Shown piece by piece: positions 23,366 to 36,880 of a stretch of DNA of 64,000 nt (position 1 is the stretch's first letter; the number at the start of each line of letters is the position of its first letter). This DNA comes from Podarcis melisellensis (taxonomy: Eukaryota): assembly GCA_964234715.1 (NCBI GenBank), contig OZ174284.1, one strand, 5' to 3'. The position numbers and the translations under genes are program-made. The notes beneath the pieces are model-generated. The model was not told the DNA's origin, searched no databases, and saw only the letters and a list, made by a program, of their open reading frames with translations.

Positions 23366-23658
23366 TGTGACTTAACAGCTGGCCAGATTAGTTGCAGGAG
23401 TTCAGGACCCTGGTTAGCTCTTTACAGGAAGAGGCTGGATGCAAGGCACTATGAGCAGCTGCTAAGGTATCCTAAGGCTCCGCTGTAGGCTGCAACCAGG
23501 CATGGGCCTTTATAGCCCTGCAGCTGAGGGATTCCTTCTAGCTCTTGACCCCTTTGAGAGAAGGGTTTGACCTTGTGCCCTGTTACTTAGGCAGGGGCTC
23601 CTCTTGGCCTAGGATCTTCCTTCTGCCCCTGACTGTCTGGTAGTACTGGCTCAGCAAC
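23366..23658 (-). mobile_element. Possible decayed solo LTR
   Basis: Minus strand TGTTG...TCACA with internal GCTATAAAGG; no matching TSD. Confidence 0.3.
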
Positions 23659-24051
23659 ACGCGGCTAGTAGGTTTACTGTGTTCTGAATTTCCATGTATG
23701 ACCACTCTGAAATGAGTTTCCTAGAAGAGCCACAACATAGGCCAAACACACATGTGTACACACCTAGAGCAGCGGTCATGCATAATGTTCTGGGCTGAGT
23801 AGTGGAGAGAAAGAACTTCTGCATGTTCAGAGTTAAGCCCATTACCCAGTATCTCAATTCTGTGTTAGGAGGTATATTATTCTTTTTAAGTATACTGAAA
23901 CTACTGAGAGCCCAGCTGAAGAATGTGAAAAAGATTCAGTAGCTCACACAACCTCTCCCATAAAGCAGCAGTAGAGTATGACAGGGATTTCTTTCTTAGG
24001 TAGGAATGGGTGCATCTTCATTGCTTAAAGAAAGATGGAATGGAACTTTCT

Positions 24052-24492
24052 TTTTTTTTATAAATATTTATTAAGATTTTTTGAATACAGATACATAAAT
24101 AGTAAACAGCTTTACTTATATAATATACTTTCTTCACTTCTTTGGACTCCCTCACGTCTCCCGCTCCCACTTACATTGTAGAAAAGTTTTTCCAAGCAAA
24201 TTATCATCTTGTTTACAATCTTATATCCACTTATTTAAATACAATCTAACAGTTCTCCAAAAAAAGAGTTTATATTTTCTTTAATCTCTCTTGTCGTCAA
24301 ATTTAGATCTAATTTAGTGGTGGGCGATTATTTATGATCTAGCATCCTTCTTAACATTCAATCAAGTCACAATATCTTTGTAGATAAATCTTAAATTTCT
24401 TCCAGTCTTCTTCGACCCTCTCTTCTCCCAGGTCTCGGATTCTGCCAGTCATCTCGGCCAGTTGCATATAGTCCATCAGCTGCATCTGCCAC
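24052..24492 (-). mobile_element. 5'-truncated L1/Tx1-type LINE with poly(A) and 18-bp TSD
   Basis: ORF2-like C-terminus WQMQLMDYMQLAEMTGRIR...EDWKKFKIYL; AATAAA plus A-tail; TSD GATGGAATGGAACTTTCT at 24034-24051 and 24493-24510. Confidence 0.88.
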
Positions 24493-26059
24493 GATGGAAT
24501 GGAACTTTCTAGCCAACCACAAGACGCTTGCACTTGGTTCTACAAGGAACTAATATGTGAGATTTTCACCAGTCAATGAGTCACAGGTTGAAAATGATGA
24601 TCCTGAAAGGATGAAGTGTAATATCATGATACCGCACAATACGTTGGTTTGGATCTCAGCAAAAGGTTTTCCAATGAGTGTGATGGATGTCTTTTATTTT
24701 CCCTGTTTATAATGGTGTGAAATTGTACAAAGGAACATTTGGGCACCAAGTTAAAGAAATAATATATTCCCATGGTTTCACTGTTCTTCGTGTAATTTAG
24801 AAGCACTGAGACTCCTTTCCACCTCAGCATGTTATTTATTTGTTTTTTTCTATTAATAAAATATAATTACAAGCCCCCAAACGAGTGTAGTGAATTACAA
24901 AGTGAACATAACCATAGATTTCTTCACAGAAAATATGTACCACCCCCACCCTTACTCAACTCAAAACTCTGAAAAATAAGAAAACAAGAAGGAACTAGCA
25001 GGATATTATTCAAATCAGTGGGATGGAAATATTGTGCACCCTTACATTAATTATTCCTAAAGGGTTGATCTCAATCCCAAGAGCACTTCCTAAGAGAAAT
25101 AACCAGCAACAGTATGTTCTCAGGCTTAAGATCACAGTGGATGATGCTGAGCTCAGGTATTGCCAGGATGAGTAGTGCATTATTTGAAATATTTTGATTC
25201 CTGAAATCAAACAAAACTTGCCTTAGCCACTCAACATTTATTGTCATTTCATGTTATAAATATAAATTCAAAATATTTAACTTGAACAGGAATAATGTTA
25301 ATAGTAATAAAAGAACCGTGTGTTTTTTTCAAACTACTTTCAGCTGCTATCAGCTACAAATAAAATCTTTTATAGGAATTTTATGGATGGCATATGATAA
25401 TAAAATAATACACTGCTTTGGTTAGTAGTGCTGCAAATGTTGCAAATAGTTGTGAGAGATGTCTGCAAAGAGCATTTAATGTACAGCACCTGAATAATTT
25501 CATAATATTTGTCTGCTCTACTGTTGTTGAAATCAGAGCACTGCTTTCTTTAAGAAAGCTAGTTCTGTGGAACTGCATGTGTGTTCTAATAATAACTAAA
25601 TATTGTAAAATAGTTGGTTGCTAATTATTTAAGATTTGGGCTCTCCATAGGCCTCTGCATGGCTGCTGTTGGAATTGAATGCTAGCTTAGATGGGCCTTT
25701 CGTCTGATTCAATAAGGTACTTCATAATTATATTGTTTGGGCTGCAACCCATACTGAAACTTCTCACCTGGTCACAAAAAGCCTTTATTTATATAACCTT
25801 TGATTTTCTAGAATTTCCAAACCTTGTGACATTTGCACAACCATCATTAGATCAGTATCATTAGATCAGAACAAGCAGCATTTACCTGAGCTACTTGCTG
25901 GCTCAGGAAGGCTCTCCTCCAGAAAACGCAGAGAGTCCAAGCCTGGCAGCCACTATCAATAGGAGTGGTCCCAGAGATCACTGTAAACTCTTGTTGACTA
26001 GCTGGCTGTGCCTATGTGTGCGTTGAATAAATACAAGTGTATTACCCATGCATCTAAGC

Positions 26060-26222
26060 CAAGGGTCAGCAAACTTTTTCAGCAGGGGGCCGGTCCACTG
26101 TCCCTCAGATCTTCTGGACTATATTTTGAAGGGGGAAAGTGAACAAATCCCTATGGCCCACAAATAACCCAGAGATGCATTTTAAATAAAAGCACTCATT
26201 CTACTCATGTAAAAACACACTG
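26060..26222. mobile_element. hAT-type MITE fragment (one end)
   Basis: CAAGGGTCAGCAAACTTTTTCAGCAGGGGGCCGGTCCAC resembles a hAT terminus. Confidence 0.55.
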
Positions 26223-28184
26223 TAATCTTTATTCTTTCCTGCAGTGACAGTTTTCCCCCATGATGTTTTCCCATCCATATATGATGTTATATCCTTCATT
26301 CCTACAACTGTTGATGGTTCCCGTCATGCCTTGGGAAAAGCGGTTATTCAAAAGTCACTGCATCACTTTGTCCCATGATTTGGCTTCCAATAAACAAGCT
26401 GTCTTCGCCATTTTTCCAGCCTAGGAAGAACGGTCTGAATCCAGACTGCAAATAGTTAATCCAAAAACTTCTATTCCTGTAGCTGGTAGACTCCTTTCCT
26501 CCCTGCCGCTGACTTAGGGACAATTGTCCTTATCTCAAACACATTCCTTTTAGGATAATGGAGGTTAAGGAGAACTTTGCTCCATATTTTCAAAGTGTAG
26601 CATTCCCCACTCTCTTCCCTCTCAGTTCCTTTCTCTCATACATACAGTTCCAGTTTTGTCAAATTCCATATTTATATTCCAATTTCTTCCCTCCTCACTT
26701 GTACAGATTAAAAAAACACACACAAAAAACCCCTTGCATACCAGTGCAGGCACGCAGTATCATAAATGCAGAGAAAAACTTGGATATAAGCAAACTGTGG
26801 GCTCCCCTCCCCCATCGTCTCTTTCACCGAATGAAATCCCCTCTCAATCCAAACCTTTTAAATCCTTGTAGCTGGGTTCGTTTTTTGCAGTTTCTTATCT
26901 CATCATCTCTAGTATGCGCCTGTACTTTACTCCAATTTTTATATTAAAAAAAACCCAATTGGCAGGGTAACCTGTGCTTCCAAGAACAGGATCAGGGGTT
27001 GCGGCAGCTGGAGTGCTCCATGCGCCCAGTGCCTTTGCCTGCCCTTGCATTCCATGGGAAAGCGAGTGTCAGACCATCAGGCAAACTCCGGGTGAGAGCC
27101 AGGTTCCTTTTCCAATCAAAGAGAATGCAGAAAATGCTGTTCCCCCATCATTTTCTGTTTATCTCCATCTGTCTCTTTCCGCAGTGTTGGGAGAGGTGTC
27201 CATCCCCTGGCACACAGGAAACAGGAAGCCTTTCCTGCTCACTTTCCACCCCCTTTAATTTATTTATTAGTAGTAGTAGTAGAAGTATTGCCATGCGCAT
27301 AAAGCTGAATGGGCACAAATTAAGTGTGCATAAGTTGTGTGCTTACTGTATGCTGCCTGAATTTCATTGGAAGAAAGGTGGGATATATATTAAAAGTGTA
27401 GTGCAATGTAATGTAGATGCACTTCTAAACCTTTCCCTCCCATGTTTCAGTTTTCAGGATCAAGGGTGACTTGATAGAAGGAACCTATGACTCATTACTG
27501 TAACATGAAAAAGTATAAAGATGTTATCTTAGGCTGTAGCATTACTGAGGGCTCATTCTCATGACCCCATGTGTGGTGGAACATTGTATGGCTTCCCTCA
27601 GTAACAATTCATATTGTTCAGTCAAACACAGCAGTTGTAACATTTGTATAACAACCAGTTAAGTCCAGTCACTATGTGGTTACTTTCTACACAACTGTCT
27701 ATCTCAACAGCATATAATCAGCTCATATCCCCATGATCAACCTCCACTATACTACTACTATTCCAAGATTTATGGCAGCTGAGGTGTACTATTTCTGAAT
27801 TCAAATTGGTACTGCACTTTATTCTTACTGCAAAAAGCTTTACCATTAAGGTTTCAGAGCCTTCCCACACCCCACCCTGAAAGGAGCCCTGCTTTTCTGT
27901 TTTTTCAGAAGGTACTGATCCAGGCATATTTCTGGATTGGGAAACCCAGAGGAGAAACTCCTACAGAAACAGAGGTCATGTGCTGCTCTGAGGGGATATT
28001 ATTTTGCTGCATCTCTGCTTGGAAATGATTGAATCATTCAATCACCCCCAGTGCGGAAGTACAGTTGAACTACCGGCCTCCAGCTGGGGCTCACTGGAAG
28101 AAAGCAAGGCCAGCTCAGCGATACATGCAGAAATGTATCTGTCAGCCACCTCTGCAAATGGGTACTTTGAGCTCACCAGTGCTC

Positions 28185-28385
28185 CTAGGGCGCCATAATG
28201 GTCAGGATACTGGACTAGGGAGCAGGAAGACCCAGGTTCAAATCTGCCCTCAACCACAATAGTGACTGGATGTCACGCCCTCTCAGCCTAAGCTGCCACA
28301 CAAGGGTGTTTGAGGATTCAAGCGGGGAGCCATGAACACCACCCCGAGCTACTTGGGAGAGGGGCAGAATATGACAAATAAAAAT
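28185..28385 (+). mobile_element. Old tRNA-derived SINE
   Basis: A/B-box-like head (ATAATGGTCAGG...CCCAGGTTCAAATC) and L2-like 3' end with AATAAA. Confidence 0.5.
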
Positions 28386-28431
28386 GCAATTACTCCAGTA
28401 TGCAGGTGTTATTTATATCCTGAGTAGAAGT

Positions 28432-28523
28432 GGTTGTTGTTGTTGTTGTTTAGTCGTTTAGTAGTGTCTGACTCTTCGTGACCCCATGGACCAGAGAACG
28501 CCAGGCACCTCTGTCCTCCACTG
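28432..28523 (-). mobile_element. RTE/BovB extreme 3' fragment
   Basis: (GTT)n TAGTCGTTTAGT...GACTCTTCGTGACCCCATGGACCAGAG. Confidence 0.85.
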
Positions 28524-28721
28524 ACTACCAAATAATAGTGTATGAAGCAAGCCCCCTGCCTGCCTTGAAGTAGTCATTTCTCATAACTGCCCCTTAAATC
28601 ATAGATCTCTCCTTGTCTACCTGAGTGAAAACACTTGGGTGGGTGTCTGTTAATGATTAAAACTGGGTCTGTTTGTTTTGGTATGCTTGCATCCATCCAA
28701 GAGAGATGCATAACATACTGT

Positions 28722-29052
28722 CAGTGTAGTGTGGGGCGTGTCCTCGTGGCACCTGGGGTGCACACACTGAGGGTGAGGTGGGCAGTGTGAGGAGGATGCA
28801 ACAGAGCAGCCACTTGCCCTTCCAATCACTTGGACCGGGCTGATTTGAAGGGTGCATGTCCTCCTGATGCCCTCCTGCCAGCCCCACGTGTCCTCCTGCC
28901 AGCCCCACGCTGCTTTGTGAGGCTGGCATGCCGGATCAGACTCACAAAGCAGCATGGGGCTGTCAGGAGTGGTGTTAGGAAGAAAATGCGCCCCCCCAAA
29001 AAACTGCACCCAGGGCAATGGGCCCCCTTGCCTTTCCCACACTACACCCCTG
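28722..29052. mobile_element. GC-rich non-autonomous DNA transposon
   Basis: Inverted ends GTGTAGTGTGGG (28724-28735) / CCCACACTACAC (29036-29047). Confidence 0.55.
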
Positions 29053-29419
29053 TGTCCATGCCTGGCTCTGAACAGTGAAAAGTTTAATTATATATCCTTC
29101 CCCCGTGTGACACTATCTTTCATTGATTTTTCAGGGAGGTGAGGGAGAGTGGGATAAAACACTAATTATCAGCCCTTATAGCTATATTTTTCCTCTTGCT
29201 GTGTAATGTAAATGAGCTACCTTTATCTCCTTAAAAAAGAAAAGAAGAAGTCAGAGCCTCTATTGGTGTGTCTTCTGCTTTTAAGAGAGGAAGGGTCACC
29301 TGACTGCCGCCTCATCCTGCTCTTTTATCTGAGGGAAACCAAGAGTAATAGGTAGAGAGATGGGCACAGAATAGGTCATCACTGCTCAGATGCTTAAAGG
29401 ACCCTGACTGAAGGAGAGC

Positions 29420-29722
29420 AGAGTTAGGCTGCTGCCGGGGGGTGGGGAGAGAGACAGAGAGACTCCGGAGCTGCTGCTGCTGCTAATGCTGCCTGCTTGC
29501 CTTCAGAGAGGAGAGAAAACAAAAGCGCTCAGCTGCAGTTTTGTGTTGCTGTGTCTGGCTTTAGCGGAAAATTCTAGACACCCTCGCTGAAAACTCTCAA
29601 GCCCAGCCGAGGCTTCTTCCCTCTCCAGAAGATTATTTTCTTCCCTTACAAATGGGTTGGATCAGTACAGGTGGCCTCACTATCAGGAGAAGGCAGACTG
29701 GCTAAATGAGGACCATGGAAAG
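29420..29722 (+). other. Candidate host-gene first exon (5' UTR, possible start MRTME/ME) ending at AAG|GTAGGG
   Basis: Non-repeat sequence with GA and CTG runs typical of 5' UTRs, ACCATGG Kozak context, donor-like site; gene not recognised. Confidence 0.35.
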
Positions 29723-32700
29723 GTAGGGGAAAGGCTCTGCCTGGTTTTCCTGCTCTTATTTCTCTCTCCACTCCTGCCTTCCTTTCCTGTATTCGTGCCT
29801 GGAGCCAGTGCTTCAGTTTGCTGAGACCAAAAGGGAGGAGAGGGGGTGGTCCAGCTGTGGGCATTTAAATCCCACATTGCCAAATTGGAATTTGCAGCGC
29901 TACCTGTAATTGAACAGATGTGGAACCCAAACTTGATCCTGAGTCTCACTTGGCTATATCGAGGATGTTCGGTATTTGCTGTAAAGCTCTGTGCTGCTCT
30001 TCTGATGGCCAACCAACCCCTTTTCACTCAGGAAGTATCAGATAATTGTTATGTAGGAAGCAAAAAGCAGAAGACCGAACAATCCAGGATGCCAGGAAGG
30101 CTGAACAGATGCATTGATTATTGGCTCTTTAGCAACAAAGGAAGAATGGACTTTTTGGAGTTTCTTGAGGTGGCAGCAACATGATTAGGAAATGAGGGGC
30201 GATTTTATTTTGACTGTTTGTTCATTTTATGAATGGTCAAGAGGTTAACTTTTGAAGGCTTCCTTCTTCAGCAATGCCAAAATCAGCTTGTTCCTTTAGA
30301 GTCACTTTCTGGCTGCTATTAAAAGCAGAGAAACCATTAAAAAAATTACTCTGCTTCCCAATGGCTTAAAAGCTAGTGCTGGGGAAGAGCCAGGATTTGG
30401 TGTTTCAGACTTCTGTATCCGCTTGAGTGTGACTGTTGTCATGTAAAATAAAAGCTAGCCATATCTAGCAGACCTGAATGCATTTGTGTTCCTTTCATGG
30501 TGAATGATGGATTTCCTTTTGTTCTTGAACATGCCTTTTGCCTCTGCCTTTTGGAACAACAACAAAAAAGCATTGCATCTGAATGCATTGGGGCTTTGTT
30601 TTTTATTTTAATGTTAGTGAAAGCCATGTATACAAATCTCCCATTGTGTGGTTATGCTCTGCTTGGGGGGGGGGGTAAATTGGGAAAAGAGCTGGTCCTA
30701 GGGTAATATTGGATGTATTAAATCCCTGCCACCTGAAATGCATACAGAAGCTTACATTTAGTGGTAGCTGGCATTCAGCTCCATGCCCCACCGAAATCTG
30801 CAACATACAACAGAAAGCACCACAAGAGAACACCAGTAAATCAGATTTGTAATGGGCCCTTTAAAATTTTCTCCTTAAGGGATGACTATCTGGGTCCCCC
30901 CTTTGGCCAAAGTAGGATGCAGTCTGACGGTGCACAGAGCAGCTGCATGCTGACATTTTCTCTGGATACTAGTGAAAAATGGCTCCACATCTCTTCTGTA
31001 GTTCCATGAAGATGGTCTCTGAGTAGCCATGCATTTCTCTGAAACAATTGTTTGTTCTAATCGCTGTGCTTTGCTGAGGCTGCCTGTCTGGTTAATTTCA
31101 GTTCCCTTGTTTGAAACCTCTGCTGTGTATTGTCAGGGATACTTGGCTAGGAAGAGTGTGGTGGGGGTGAGAAAGGTTGGTGGGCGTTTTTCTCCCCCCA
31201 TGAAGTAGGAACCCATGGCAATATGACTGCCTCAGTAGACAGGAAATGTTTATTACAGACGAGCTGTATGAATTCTGCCAACAGCACCACTTCCGACAGT
31301 ATTAATGGAAAAGAGAAGTGTGTTTAAAATGTACGTGGCTTAGATAATGCACCACCCACTGGAAAGGTGGGGGTACAAAATGCAAAACAGCACTTACGGG
31401 GAACTGAAAGGCATAAGCACCAATCCTTAGAAGATGGTCAATTTCTGAATGGATAATCATGCTTTTATGATAACATCACTGCTAGGGAATTCAAAAGGGA
31501 AAGCTCTTGGTCGCATCGCATACAACTAAACAGCGAGGAAGGGAGAGAGAAATCTTTCTTTATTTTATTTTGCTTGAAGACAGACTCATTGATGAAAATC
31601 ACTGAATCAAAGAGCTATTGAGTGCTGGCAAACCTGAAGCATTGTTCTTGGTTTTGTCTATGTATTCTGGATAGCAGAAGCAGGAGGAGAGCTCTTATAA
31701 AAAGCACTGTGTTTAGGGAAAGGAAAGGTAGGGAGGGTAGCCTTGACTGCCTTCCCTTTCCTCCATAATGCCATGTGTGATACGATTTGCTGAGCTGTAC
31801 TGGAGTTGGCTTAAGAGGAAATGGAATCTCCTTCCCACTCCTGCAGTGCCCAGAAAGAGTTAAAGTGTCACAATAAATAGCTACCAGGGAAAGAGTGGGC
31901 TAGAGAAATAGGATGGGTAGTGAGGACATGGTACCCAAAAATAGTGACTAGATGAATTGATGGTTGATCTTTTAATGCGAAATTAGCATTTTATAAAAAC
32001 ACAAAGAATACTCAGAGTCGAGGCTACAAAATGCAATAGTTTCTATTCAATTTCAGACATGACTGGCAGCAAGCAAGCAGTAATTTTCAGAGCTTCTATT
32101 CTCGTGGCACAAATGTGGTGCCAATTACGCAGTATAAAAGGCACAACCCTTCAGATGGTTGTTTAGAAATGGTGTAATGTATCAAAACACTCTTCGCCAA
32201 TGCATGCTTCAATTCGTTTCCACAGAACTAAAAGCCTGAAGGTGCAGTGTGATTCCACTTCATCAGAGAAAATGGTGAAAATGGACCTCTAAGTGCACCC
32301 ATGCAGTCTGATTAATGCTTTTATAAACGTAGATAATTTCGCCATCATAAATGGCCTATTCAGAGGAAAGTGATGCAATTTACAAGGTGGGGAAATGTAA
32401 AAAGAGGACTAGCCATCCTTTACGCCACCAGAGAAACAATAATGTCACGCCAACATTACACACCCCTTACAAACAGAATTTAAATAATTGGAACTGTGAA
32501 GGCATTCCAGATGCCTAATTTCAGCTGGCCATGTTTGAGCATCGAACAGTGCAGCTGCAGCTTTGGATACTAGACAATCCAGTTGATTTCCAACTATGTA
32601 TGTTCGTAAGTGTAAACAATGAAAACAAAATGCTGCACAGGCAGAGATTAGTTTTCAAATTTGCACTCTTTGTATGGAAGGGTTTGACAAAGCTGAATAC

Positions 32701-35105
32701 AGGCCCCCAAGAAAAGACAGAAAAACAAAGTGTCTGAGGACAAGCTCATTCTGAATAAAAGCAGGCAGACAAGGGCAAATTGTTGACTACCCAGAACATT
32801 CTGTTCATCACCAATGTGGTTGCAGTGAGGAATTGTTTATAGCAGAATGAACCATCCAAATCCATTTGCCCAGAAATGGAAAAGGAAATGTTGCATGTTC
32901 TCCTTTTCCTCTGGAAATAAGTGTGCAAATTAGCTTTGCTGGGCATATTAACTCAGGCTGCAATCCAAGACACAATTATCTGGGAGTAAGTACTGTACAT
33001 TGAATGTTATGAGACTTTCTTCTGAGTAGACATGTTGTATAGGATTGCACTGCAAGACTTCTAATAGTCACAGCACTCCAGATGTTTACTTGGTAAAAGA
33101 CATTTCCCATTCTTTCACATCTGCATGCTGAGTTGGGTGCAGTGTTTAGCATTAGATTTGGACGTTTGAGAGGCCAGTTAGAAGGAAAGACCATCTTTAA
33201 TGTGTTCCTTTTCATATCCTATTACATTTAAAGTTCAAAGATAGCAATTAAAAAATGATTCCATTAAGTAAAGTTGCCTCTCCCTTTTTAAAGGCAACTT
33301 TGAAATGGCCAGTTTAGGTATTCCGAGAGACTCCTCTATTCCTCAGATTAAAATCCTGGGCCTGGAAGAGCGTCTTACTGCACATACTTCTCTCTCCACA
33401 AGTGGACATACTTTGCAATAAAGTTTGCACCATCAGGCAGTAAATCAGAGGCGGATTTAGGGGAACGTGACCGATTCGGTTGCACTGGGCACAGAACCTT
33501 GGAGGTGCCACAACTATGGTGTAGAATGGAAGGCGGCTTGCTTGCTGAATTTTGCACATGGTGCTGCTGAAATTTGAGACCTCGGGGTCTGCCAGTTAGG
33601 CTTCGCCAGTTAGGCTTCGCAGTTAGGAAGCCATGCACTCAGATATAGTCAGAGCATTATATATAAAATCAAAAATGGACAAGTAAAATCAAGGTGTCTC
33701 TTTTTGTTGCCAGCAGGTATCGTTTTTATTTTTCTACAAATGAAGCTGTAGGAAAACCTTTTACCAGAGTGACGGATATTTGGTAGGGCGACTCAGAAAC
33801 CAGACAGAGCGGCTCCAAGGGCAGTCTGGGCCATTTGGCCATCTCTGTAGCAAAGCTTAGTGGATTAATCTGCCAGGTAAACCGTCTACTGCTTGCTTCC
33901 CTAATATTGAATGAATTTTAAAGTCTTTCTTGTGACTGTCCTTGGGACAGTAAAGAGGTAAAAGCCTTTTCAGTAGTGTCTTGCTTCACAGACAGGTTTA
34001 CTTTGTGAGAAAGAGCAGAGTGGCCCTCAAAAACCTTGTTGCGTGCATCCTACCCCTCTGATAAGTCTTCCAGCTGAATGCATAAATGTTGGTGGGTCAG
34101 AACAATGACAGGCCAACATAATGACTCATTATGCAATAGGAAACAAAGGCTGCTTTCTCTTGCAGAACAAATATGTTTGGAGCATGGCAATACAGTAGAC
34201 ATAATTTTAATCATGGCACGCAGCTAGCCATCAGTTAATTAAAACAAGCAGATGATGGGACCATATTGTTAGTAGTTCAGCACTCCTTTAAAGCACTGGT
34301 GCTAGGAAACTTACAGCAAAAATCCAAATATGTGTATTCAGAACAAAGTTCCATTGGATTAATTAAAGTTTTCTCCTAGGTAACTGGTTATAGGATTGAA
34401 ACCTTAATCTTCAAAAAATCTTAGCATGAAGACCACAATAGGGCTGTTGTGTTTCTATGGATTTGTCAGAAGACCTTAGATGTGATGACTGGTGAGGAGG
34501 AAATCTGGTTGTAGGAGATCCAGCTGCTTGACTTCAACCCTCAACTTTGTATTTAACTGGAACTGAATAGCTTTTACATGTTTTTACATAAAAAAGGTTT
34601 AAAATGGGAAGTTCTCCGTGAATATAAGATATCGTAAATAATGCCACATTTTCTAAAATCTCTAGTCTTGTAATGTCTTGCTATGAAAACAACATGCTAT
34701 TTTGCAGTTATGCAGCTTGATTTAGAATCAGATTAGATGACGTCATGTTATAAATCCAGAGTAAAAAATTGGTCTCTTGTGACATGTATAATTTGCAACC
34801 GAAAAATGTTGGCGCTACTAAGTGGCTAAATAAAGACAATTGCAGGAAATATTTTTCATTGTGCAGAAATTCAGCCTAAGGCCTAAGGATCTGATGTAGC
34901 ACTATTGCTTGAAATGCTAGGCTAGAAGGACCATTTGGTTGATTCTAATGTAACTCATTGTATTTTTATCAGCTAATGCGCATTTGCTAAAGAGCATTCT
35001 TGCTCTTCAGTTATACAAAGTGTTTGTTGTCAGAATCAATATGCCTGACAATCAGGCATTGTTTGGAATTACTCATAGTTGTATGCTGGCAAGTAAAAAA
35101 AAAGA

Positions 35106-35373
35106 AAAGGTAAAGGATCCCTGGACCCTTAAGTCCAGTCATAGGCGAATATGGGGTGCGGCGCTCATCTCGCTTCAGGCTGAGGGAGCTGGCGATGGTC
35201 CACAGAAATCTTTCCAGGTCATGTGGCCAGCATGACTAAACTGCTTCTGGTGCAACGGGACACCATGACTGAAGCCAGAGTGCATGGCAACAGCATTTAC
35301 CTTCCTGCCACCGCGGTTCCTATTTATCTACTTGCACTTTGATGTGTTTTTGAACTGCTAGGTTGGCAGAAGC
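35106..35373 (-). mobile_element. Sauria SINE, degenerate and 5'-truncated
   Basis: AAAGGTAAAGGATCCC...TATTTATCTACTTGCAC...GAACTGCTAGGTTGGCAG. Confidence 0.85.
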
Positions 35374-35807
35374 CGTGTGTGTGTGTGAGAGAGAGACAGA
35401 CAGACAGACTTTTGGGGAGCTGCACAGCTCTGCTTCTCCCACCTTTTCCCCAGAAGCTTGCAGGAATTGCTTCTGCCTAATTTGACAGGGATCTCTTTAC
35501 TTGTCAAGGCAGCATTCCTCTGAATGCCAGTTGCTGGAAATTTCAGGTGCTGTTGCGCACATGTCCACCTCGCAGGCTTCCCACAGGCATCTGGTAGTTC
35601 ATTGGCTTGATCATCTTAGTTTGTTATGCTCTTCTGCTTCACTTCCAGACAACCTATTTAATGAGTAGTCATCCTGATTTCTTCACAGGAATATTAGGTG
35701 ATGTTGGCTTTTTACTGAGCATTCATTCATATTTGTTTACAGAGAGGCTAGATCATGGTTTGTTAAAGTGAGTGTTATTCCACACTTTCCATTGCATTTC
35801 CCAATTA

Positions 35808-36052
35808 CAGTGGTACCTTGGTTTACAAATTTAATCTGTTTCGGAAATCTGTTCTTAAACCAAGGTGTTCTTAAACCAAGGTGTGCTTTCCCATAGCAGT
35901 GGGGACTCAATTTACAAATGGAACACACTCAACAGGAAGCGAAACATTTTCTTATTCCAAGGCAAAGTTGACAAACCAAAACTACCGGGTTTGCAGCATT
36001 CTTAATCCGAGTTGTTAATAAACTAAGCTGTTCTTAAACCAAGGTACCACTA
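35808..36052. mobile_element. Tc1/mariner-type MITE
   Basis: TIRs CAGTGGTACCTTGGTTTA / TAAACCAAGGTACCACTA, TA flanks. Confidence 0.88.
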
Positions 36053-36638
36053 TACTTTCCTTATTGCAAAAATTCCCAAGTCAGCTTGAATAGTGCAACC
36101 TGAATTTGCTGGTAGAGATTGAATTGCACTCGAAAATGGCAACGTGATGTTCCCTTACCAAGGAAAACTGAGTCCCTGCAACAACGTGTGGAGGTTTCCT
36201 TTCTCAAAAATTAGAAGCCCATGTAGATGGTTCACTGGCAACAAATTTTAGGAGTGGCTCATCCATGACTGCACTTGCACCCCTTCTTTTTGACTGCAAT
36301 GACAATCATATATGGAGCACATTTGGGGGCACCTACTGAGGCCCATGCTGCACAAGTGCGAGATGATCAAGCACTGAGAGTAGTAAGGAAGGCACAAGTG
36401 GCTATCATGGCATCCTTTGTTCTTTCCCTTTGAGAGGTGCTATGGACTGGGATTAGAGGGAGATGCAAGCAGTGAGGTCATTACAACTGTGCACTTGGGA
36501 TGGGGTGTCCATTGGTACCAATACAATACTTCATCATTTCTTCTCCACTCCCCCAGCTCTTTAATGAATTAACATAGCACTGAGTCATTTCCACTCTTTC
36601 TCACACACAGTATATAAAGTTCTATATCTATCCATATA

Positions 36639-36880
36639 CAGTGGTACCTCGGGTTACATACGCTTCAGGTTACATACGCTTCAGGTTACAGACTCCACTA
36701 ACCCAGAAATAGTGCTTCAGGTGAAGAGCTTTGCTTCGGGATAAGAACAGAAATTGTGCTCCGGCGGTGCAGCGGCAGCAGGAGGCCCCATTAGCTAAAG
36801 TGGTGCTTCAGGTTAAGAACAGTTTCAGGTTAAGAACGGACCTCCAGAACAAATTAAGTACTTAACCCAAGGTACCACTG
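36639..36880. mobile_element. Tc1/mariner-type MITE
   Basis: TIRs CAGTGGTACCTCGGGTTA / TAACCCAAGGTACCACTG, TA TSD. Confidence 0.92.
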
